Assembly (NCBI GenBank): GCA_021399345.1
Contig: JAAFKI010000040.1
Coordinates: 1-34,861, forward strand
Reading direction: 5' to 3'
Origin: Candidatus Heimdallarchaeota archaeon
Lineage (GTDB): Archaea; Asgardarchaeota; Heimdallarchaeia; Heimdallarchaeales; Heimdallarchaeaceae
DNA length: 34,861 nt
Position 1 is the first letter of the stretch, and the number at the start of each line of letters is the position of its first letter. Below the pieces are notes generated by a model that saw only the letters and a program-made list of their open reading frames with translations, made no database searches and had not been told where the DNA came from. Shown piece by piece: positions 28,636-34,861 of this stretch. The translations under genes were made by a program, and so were the position numbers.

Positions 28636-29181
28636 CTATACTATATCTTCTTCAGCAACCATAAGTCTGGTTAAGTTGATGAAAGCTTTTTCAGCGTTTG
28701 TTCCATCTTTTGCAGAGGAATACAGATATTCAGAGTTACTAAAATCCTTAGCCAATTGTTTCATGTCATCTTCAGTGACTTTTTGATCTTTTAAATCACA
28801 TTTATTTGCTAGAAAAATGATAGGTTTGTCGCCCACTTCCTTTTTAAAAGATTCAACCCAAGAGGGGAGATTTTTGAAAGATTCATAATTAGAAGCATCA
28901 CAAATAGCCAAAGCACCTTTGCTTCCAAAGAAATATTTACTTCTTATTTGTCTGAAAACTTCTTGACCGCCGATATCCCAGATAGCTAGTGTCACATTGT
29001 AAGAAAGATAATCAACTACTTTTTTCATTATTGTTGTGCCTAAAGTAATCTTGTAAGATGGATCAAACATATTGGATACAAATCTTCTAACCAAGGAGGT
29101 TTTTCCCACTCTTGCGTCACCAATAAGAACTATTTTGTTAGTCAGGTATGTTTTCTTTGACACGTAGCTCACTACTCCCAA
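28636..29181 (-). CDS. Rab-like small GTPase (Ras superfamily); start may be a downstream GTG
   Basis: GDARVGKTS, TLG, WDIGGQ, ANKCD, SSAK. Confidence 0.94.
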   Translation of the reverse strand: MGVVSYVSKKTYLTNKIVLIGDARVGKTSLVRRFVSNMFDPSYKITLGTTIMKKVVDYLSYNVTLAIWDIGGQEVFRQIRSKYFFGSKGALAICDASNYESFKNLPSWVESFKKEVGDKPIIFLANKCDLKDQKVTEDDMKQLAKDFSNSEYLYSSAKDGTNAEKAFINLTRLMVAEEDIV

Positions 29182-29219
29182 GAGTCTGTTATTGCTGATA
29201 ATTGTTTCTATGGAGACAG

Positions 29220-30083
29220 CTAGATAATTAACTCATTTTTATAGAAAACAGCTGATCCATATCCCACTACTTGACTCCTATCTCCAGAAACGTCCCCTGA
29301 TGTGGCATAATTAAGTATTCTGCACTTTTCCCTACCAGTTTGTTTAGCTGCTTCGATAGTAGCTGCTATTGGTCCATAACCACACATTGACACATTATCT
29401 TTATATTTTATTTCATACATAGTTTTAGGATCCATTTTTTCAATTGCTTTAAGCACACGTGTGTCTTTCTCCTTAGCTGAATCATGACTTTCAAAATGAG
29501 TGAAATCACTACTAGCTAATACAATTATATTTTCTTTATCAATCATCTTTCCAATGGTTTCACCTAGTAACATACTTGAGTCATAACCTTGGTTCAACAT
29601 TGCAATTGGAACAAGAGCTGGAGGATCATCATATAGAAACTGAATGAAAGGTAATTGAACTTCAATTGAATGTTCTCTACTGTGGGATGAATCACTTTTT
29701 GTGATTAAACTGCATTTGTCAATTAATTTATCAATAAATTCATGATCAATTTTCATTGTCCCTAGAGGGGATTCCCATCCTTCTACTTCTGGAACAGCTA
29801 TTTCAGAACCCATACCAGTGTGATTAGGTCCCAAAATCACAATAGTATCAGGTTTTCTATATTTGCTCAACTCCAGAAAGCTTGAAGCTGCGACTGAACC
29901 GCTATACATATGACCAGCATGTGGAACGAGAAAGAAGGGTGGAGTTTCTTCTGTTTCAATTATTCTTTTAGGAAGTTTTTCTGGCCCTAAGGAATTCATA
30001 AAACAGGCTTCTATTGATTTAATCAATGTATCTGGATTACTTTTATAAAATGAACCAGCATAAATTGCTCTACGTGTCATCAT
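29220..30083 (-). CDS. MEMO1 family protein (AmmeMemoRadiSam protein B)
   Basis: AGSFY, VPHAGHMYSG, GPNHTG, EHSIEVQLPF, SSDFTH, SMCGYGP, YATSGD, VVGY. Confidence 0.96.
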   Translation of the reverse strand: MMTRRAIYAGSFYKSNPDTLIKSIEACFMNSLGPEKLPKRIIETEETPPFFLVPHAGHMYSGSVAASSFLELSKYRKPDTIVILGPNHTGMGSEIAVPEVEGWESPLGTMKIDHEFIDKLIDKCSLITKSDSSHSREHSIEVQLPFIQFLYDDPPALVPIAMLNQGYDSSMLLGETIGKMIDKENIIVLASSDFTHFESHDSAKEKDTRVLKAIEKMDPKTMYEIKYKDNVSMCGYGPIAATIEAAKQTGREKCRILNYATSGDVSGDRSQVVGYGSAVFYKNELII

Positions 30084-30122
30084 ACTTAGATAATATTCTG
30101 AAATAAAAAATCTATCCCCATT

Positions 30123-32468
30123 TTAAGACAAAATTTGGTAATTTATCTGCATATCGTCCAGCAGCTTAACATAATCTCTTCCCTCGTTCGAAGAAAGCAG
30201 AATACCATTGATTTGCTTGATTCGTATAATTCTTTTTCCTTCTTCTTTTGTTTTATTTAAGAAATCCTGAATTGCACTGAAAATGAACATTAATGTGTGC
30301 GTATCATTGAATTCAGGTAAAATTTCAATGTTGTTAATGAAATCTATTTTTTCTACTTTTTTAATGTGTAACAGAGCAATGGGTTCCCCATTTTTGAGGA
30401 TTATTTCACCATAATCAGAAGGAACAGAATGAGAGAATAGAGAACGAAGTTTGAATCGTTTCAGAAGATAATTTCTATAAACTATTAACATAGGGTCATT
30501 TCGAGGAAGGTAAATTAATTCTACACTGTCTTCTTGGATCAAATTATCGTCCTTCTGATAAATATATCCAGATATCAAGCTTTCAACCTCTTTTGTTGTG
30601 AATTGGACATTTTCCTCATCTTCCATAAATCTTCCAGATCTAACACCTTTCGAAGCTATTAGTTCCTTGATATTAACTTCAATCTGAGTATTAGATAGAC
30701 CTGTTAGATTAGCTAATTGATCAATTGTCAATGGTAAATTTGATGATAAAATCCTGTAAATAACATCTAACCATGATTCTCTTTGAGTTTCATATTTTTT
30801 GGTTTGGATACCACTTAGAAATTTAGACACTGACATCCAGATAATCTGATTAGAAATAGATTTTAATTGAACTATTTCATGAGAATTTTCTAATTTCTGA
30901 ATAGATGAAAGGAGGACTCGATTGGACAGATTTAGGGAGGATTTTAACTGAGAAAAATTAATTCTCTCTTTCTTTTTAATTAGATTGAGGATTCTTTCTT
31001 CTAACACTCCGTGATATCTAGAAGGACTAAGTTTTGCAAAGACAGAGTAGTCTTTTGATATAACTGAACCGCGAGTAAATGACCCGAATTTACCAAGAGC
31101 AAATTGCTTATCTTTCACCAGTTCATCTATATAATGTTCTTTTCCAGAATTTGTTCTAATTAGAATAGAAGTCATAGAGAGAGGTATTCCCAATGATTCC
31201 AACCCCTTCAAAATTTCAATTTTAGTTGTGAATTGAGTTTTGCTACTAAGATATTGCTTACTCAGCAGAAGAGGAAAAATATCTTCTGTTGGAAATAGAT
31301 TTTTATCACCAACAAGTGCTTTCTTTCCTGATATCGAATAAACTAATCCAGAAGATCGAGACCTATATCCTCTCTGAGAAAGAATATTGGCAAAAACTCT
31401 TGATTGATTTTCAACAACTTCTGAGTGTAGTTCTGGAAAGACAAGAATTTTTCCTTTATTTTCGGTAAACTCCTGAATCTTATCTCTGATTTCCTTTTCC
31501 AGAACAGTATATTCCACTGACCGTATAAAATTAGAAACATGCAATTTGTCTCCTATAATTTTATAATCGAAAGAACATACGGGCTTACCACCAACATATA
31601 CAATTTCACTCTTTATTTCATCTATGTTCAAGAAATCAGCAGAAGCCCAATATTCTGAAAGAGGATCGTTTCTTGGAAGTATCACAATCTGACGAGTTAC
31701 TGGTGGAGTGTATGCTTCTAGATATTTCCTCAAATAATCCAATTCATCACTAATTAGAAAAGCTTCATAACTTGAGTTCTCTATGAAATTACCTCTTACG
31801 ATTTTCTTATTTTCGAATAATTCAATTATACTCGTGCTTATCCTTCCTCCAGTCATGTTAAGAATTCGTATAATCTGAGGAACTGTAATTGGCCCGAAGC
31901 TTTTGATAACAGAATAAATTAAGTCTGAAATCGCAGATGTTTTGCTTTTTGTATGAACCTCCATCAATAGTTTTGTGCTGAAAATAGACCAGTTAGTTCC
32001 ATCATAAAACATGAAGATTTGAAAATTATTTCTAAGCTCAGAAAGTATTTCCATCACTGCATCCTTAGTTAATTCAAAGTGTTCCATTATTTTAAAGCGA
32101 GTAGAAGAATCCTCTTCTTTAATATAGTCAAGAACAGCTTTGGCTTGTGGTTTCTTGTACTCAATATTTTCTTTAATTGAGATTTTATGAAAAGCTGATA
32201 GATTGTCTCTACCAACATATGAGAGTTTGTTTTCTTTGAAAGGAGCATGAACCAAATGCTTGTTCTTTACAAGCGATTGAAGAAGATTAGAAGAAAAGGT
32301 TCTCATTCTCACAAAAAGTGATTCAGAATCTTGAAAAATAACTATGTTATTTATTATGGATATTGCATGACTATAGTTGACACCTTTGAATTCCTTATCG
32401 AGATTTTGTTTCTCTGCAAGATACTGAGCTAATTGTTCAAGGGATAAGGATACTTCGCTAATTGTCAT
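30123..32468 (-). CDS. Stand-alone protein of two tandem AlkZ/YcaQ/Lhr-CTD-like winged-helix modules
   Basis: Repeated wHTH segments; FGPIT..RGNFIE..ILPRNDP in repeat 1 and NLPLT..SGRFME..YLPRNDP in repeat 2, about 390 aa apart. Confidence 0.65.
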   Translation of the reverse strand: MTISEVSLSLEQLAQYLAEKQNLDKEFKGVNYSHAISIINNIVIFQDSESLFVRMRTFSSNLLQSLVKNKHLVHAPFKENKLSYVGRDNLSAFHKISIKENIEYKKPQAKAVLDYIKEEDSSTRFKIMEHFELTKDAVMEILSELRNNFQIFMFYDGTNWSIFSTKLLMEVHTKSKTSAISDLIYSVIKSFGPITVPQIIRILNMTGGRISTSIIELFENKKIVRGNFIENSSYEAFLISDELDYLRKYLEAYTPPVTRQIVILPRNDPLSEYWASADFLNIDEIKSEIVYVGGKPVCSFDYKIIGDKLHVSNFIRSVEYTVLEKEIRDKIQEFTENKGKILVFPELHSEVVENQSRVFANILSQRGYRSRSSGLVYSISGKKALVGDKNLFPTEDIFPLLLSKQYLSSKTQFTTKIEILKGLESLGIPLSMTSILIRTNSGKEHYIDELVKDKQFALGKFGSFTRGSVISKDYSVFAKLSPSRYHGVLEERILNLIKKKERINFSQLKSSLNLSNRVLLSSIQKLENSHEIVQLKSISNQIIWMSVSKFLSGIQTKKYETQRESWLDVIYRILSSNLPLTIDQLANLTGLSNTQIEVNIKELIASKGVRSGRFMEDEENVQFTTKEVESLISGYIYQKDDNLIQEDSVELIYLPRNDPMLIVYRNYLLKRFKLRSLFSHSVPSDYGEIILKNGEPIALLHIKKVEKIDFINNIEILPEFNDTHTLMFIFSAIQDFLNKTKEEGKRIIRIKQINGILLSSNEGRDYVKLLDDMQINYQILS

Positions 32469-34861
32469 TTATTTCACCAATGTGTTTGTTGGAATCCCAT
32501 TTATCTTTTCAACAACTATAGATTTGATTTCAAGATTATCAAAAGAGGGAATGTCTTCAATAGCATTTACTACATAGTTCAATGAGCTCTCAGAATGTAT
32601 CCAGGGGGCAAGTAGAAGATTCTTGATTGCAAGTGTTCTCTGATTTAATTGTTCAGTATAGCATTGTGCAGCTACTTTCTGGTTTAAAACAACTATGTAA
32701 TTATTTGTTGAAACATCAAAATGCTCAGGTAATTGATTTCTGAGAATATTAATAGCTAAATCTTTTGGGTATAACAAGTAATATCTCTCTCTAACTTCTT
32801 TGGGGGAATAATCAACTTTAGATTCCTCTTTCTTTTCTAGCTGGAGAAGTTTATCATAATCTTTTATTGATATATAATAAAATTCTAAATCATTTTCAAC
32901 AAATCTACCACCATAGATTTTATCCTCATCAATTAGAGCTGCTAGAACTTCTTTGATTCTTATCTTAGTTAAAATCCCTGGAATAACTCCTCTTTCAGCG
33001 ATATGGTCTTCAGTAGCAACACCTAAACCGCATAAAATATCAAAGATGTATTTTTTCCTTATTTCAGCAATATCTTTTTTCAGTTCAACTAAGAAGGACT
33101 CAATATCCCAATATTCTTGAGGTTCAAACAGATTATTTAAGGATCTTACTCCAATTTTCATATTTTCTTCAAGAGTACCTAAAGCAGATTTTAATGATGC
33201 AGTGGCGCCTTTCCATTTTTTGGATAACTCTACCTGATTAGTACTTCCTTTCTGAATATGCCTATAGACTTCCTCAATTTCAGTGTTCATTCTTTTTCTT
33301 CTTCTTAAGCCACCCTTCTTATACAGTGCAAAATCTAGTGATAGGAATACATTTCCTTGACAAATAACTTCTTTGTCCTCAAGAAGATTATTCAGAAGAT
33401 AAATTATAATTGAGGACATATTTTCAGGAAATCTTGAAAGAATCTCTCTTAAGCTGATAAAACTGAAGTGGTTGATCATCTGTAGGAGTGTTTCTATAGT
33501 TAAGGAAGGTGTTTTTTTCTTCAACCATAAAGACTCCATAATATATTTGTTTATGATTCTTTCTGGAAATACTTTGGTTACTGTATCTCCTCCTACTAAA
33601 GTATCTTTTATTAGTTTGAAACCTGTTTTTACCAAAGTTGTTTTTATGAAATTGTTGCTTTTGGAGAGAACTGATTTCCCGTTAATATCTTCTATCTGAA
33701 GACTCAAGACCCTATGAATCTTTCTGGTATAGGAAACTAGTTCAGAGGCAATTTTCTGAAGAGTGATTGAATGAAAAGCTACTTCATCTTTAAGCTTCAA
33801 ATCATAAATCTGTAAATATTGTCCTCTATGAAGTTTGTATTCAACTGATCCTACCATCTCACCATCTAGTAAAATGGGATCTATTTGTCCTTCTCCATAA
33901 ATATCACGTAGATGTAAGCGCATCCCTAATCTAGTGAAGGGATCATTTTTAGGAAGTATTACTATTCTTTCTTCCTCTTTCAATGCCATGTTTATCAGAT
34001 TGTTTTTTATCTGATCAATATCTTTGAATCTTTCAGATGTCATATAGTAATTAGTTTCTCTTTCAGTTAGTTTTCTCTCAATAATTTTCTTTTTGCTTAA
34101 CAGACTCTTAATCAATTTCTCGATATTACTATATCTGAAGCCAATTAAATGGGTTAACTCTACCAGAGAAACAGGGCCTAGAGATTCAACAGCTTGCAAA
34201 AGAATAAACTCTTGACTCTTTTCAAATGAAGGAAGCTTATCTACGGCAAAATATCGTTCAGATATTTCATAAACATTAGGAACAAATTGTTTCGGAATAA
34301 AAGACTCTTGAGATACTGATTTTCGAACTAAATACAGTGTTTTATCAAGTATCGTCAAGCTTTCCTGAATTATATCTCCATCCATTTCCGTAAATTCTAT
34401 AATTTCTCTCTTTGTTAGTGGTCCATACTTTCTTATTGTTGAAAGTATTTTTTCATCAACTCTAGAGAGATCAAATGGTTCTCTATAAGCAACATAATAG
34501 TATGGAAACATTTCTCTACTTACAAAAGATAATCTTTTGTGGCTGAATCTTCCTTTGATAAGTTCATTTTTTTCAATTAAATCTCTTATCCAATCTAGAT
34601 CAAAGTCATTTATTCTAACAGATAATGAACTTAAATCCTCAATTGAGCCAAAGCGATTTAGGAGATTAAGAACACTCTCTTCTCCCTGTAAATTCTCATC
34701 AAATATGCTCTCAACTGCGAAATTATAATGCATATAGTTCAAATCTTCAGGTGTTAATATTATCGAATCTGGTTTTCGATTACTGAGATTCCGAAGTAAT
34801 TCTCTATCTTCTAAACGAATGTATTGAAGGTCAGTGGACGATTCAGTAATTCTTCCTTTTA
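32469..34861 (-). CDS. 5'-truncated large protein with two AlkZ/Lhr-CTD-like modules, probably the C-terminal half of an Lhr-type helicase
   Basis: The frame stays open from 34742 to the window edge (KGRITESSTDLQYIRLEDRELL...). Motifs KGRFSH, YGPLT, LGPVS, ILPKNDP, GGRFVE, LLYPKD. Confidence 0.65.
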   Translation of the reverse strand, partial: KGRITESSTDLQYIRLEDRELLRNLSNRKPDSIILTPEDLNYMHYNFAVESIFDENLQGEESVLNLLNRFGSIEDLSSLSVRINDFDLDWIRDLIEKNELIKGRFSHKRLSFVSREMFPYYYVAYREPFDLSRVDEKILSTIRKYGPLTKREIIEFTEMDGDIIQESLTILDKTLYLVRKSVSQESFIPKQFVPNVYEISERYFAVDKLPSFEKSQEFILLQAVESLGPVSLVELTHLIGFRYSNIEKLIKSLLSKKKIIERKLTERETNYYMTSERFKDIDQIKNNLINMALKEEERIVILPKNDPFTRLGMRLHLRDIYGEGQIDPILLDGEMVGSVEYKLHRGQYLQIYDLKLKDEVAFHSITLQKIASELVSYTRKIHRVLSLQIEDINGKSVLSKSNNFIKTTLVKTGFKLIKDTLVGGDTVTKVFPERIINKYIMESLWLKKKTPSLTIETLLQMINHFSFISLREILSRFPENMSSIIIYLLNNLLEDKEVICQGNVFLSLDFALYKKGGLRRRKRMNTEIEEVYRHIQKGSTNQVELSKKWKGATASLKSALGTLEENMKIGVRSLNNLFEPQEYWDIESFLVELKKDIAEIRKKYIFDILCGLGVATEDHIAERGVIPGILTKIRIKEVLAALIDEDKIYGGRFVENDLEFYYISIKDYDKLLQLEKKEESKVDYSPKEVRERYYLLYPKDLAINILRNQLPEHFDVSTNNYIVVLNQKVAAQCYTEQLNQRTLAIKNLLLAPWIHSESSLNYVVNAIEDIPSFDNLEIKSIVVEKINGIPTNTLVK

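Noticed and set aside
473-34728. The many 60-115 aa ORFs in the track that overlap larger genes (e.g. 473-670, 2519-2755, 9491-9736, 16544-16888, 21493-21795, 24269-24580, 25072-25362, 28583-28786, 33472-33699)
   Set aside because: They lie antisense or out of frame within well-supported genes and carry no motifs; typical shadow ORFs.
34740-34742. TTG at 34742 as the start of the last gene
   Set aside because: The frame is open with protein-like sequence to the window edge, so the gene is truncated by the window.

Overview
AT-rich archaeal chromosomal segment, most consistent with an Asgard archaeon, probably Heimdallarchaeia. This is inferred from gatD/gatE, archaeal NadM and CoaD, two Rab-like small GTPases, TATA-box/leaderless promoter architecture and C-terminally anchored surface proteins. 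It holds about 32 protein-coding genes for housekeeping and peptide/sugar catabolism (GH31, M32, C11, M17 and a family-5 SBP) plus one tRNA-His. I see no CRISPR array, integrase or transposase. The most notable observations: (i) two translationally coupled paralogous large proteins made of four ~390-aa AlkZ/Lhr-CTD-like winged-helix modules, the upstream one running off the window edge, followed by MEMO1 and a Rab-like GTPase; (ii) a tRNA-His with eukaryote-type identity (A73, no encoded G-1); (iii) a circularly permuted orphan family-5 solute-binding protein; (iv) a membrane-tethered wHTH regulator plus membrane partner with phased TGTACA palindromes upstream; (v) a TM0106-type nuclease whose Cas4-like active site looks degenerate. 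All assignments come from motif recognition by eye; no database searches were run.
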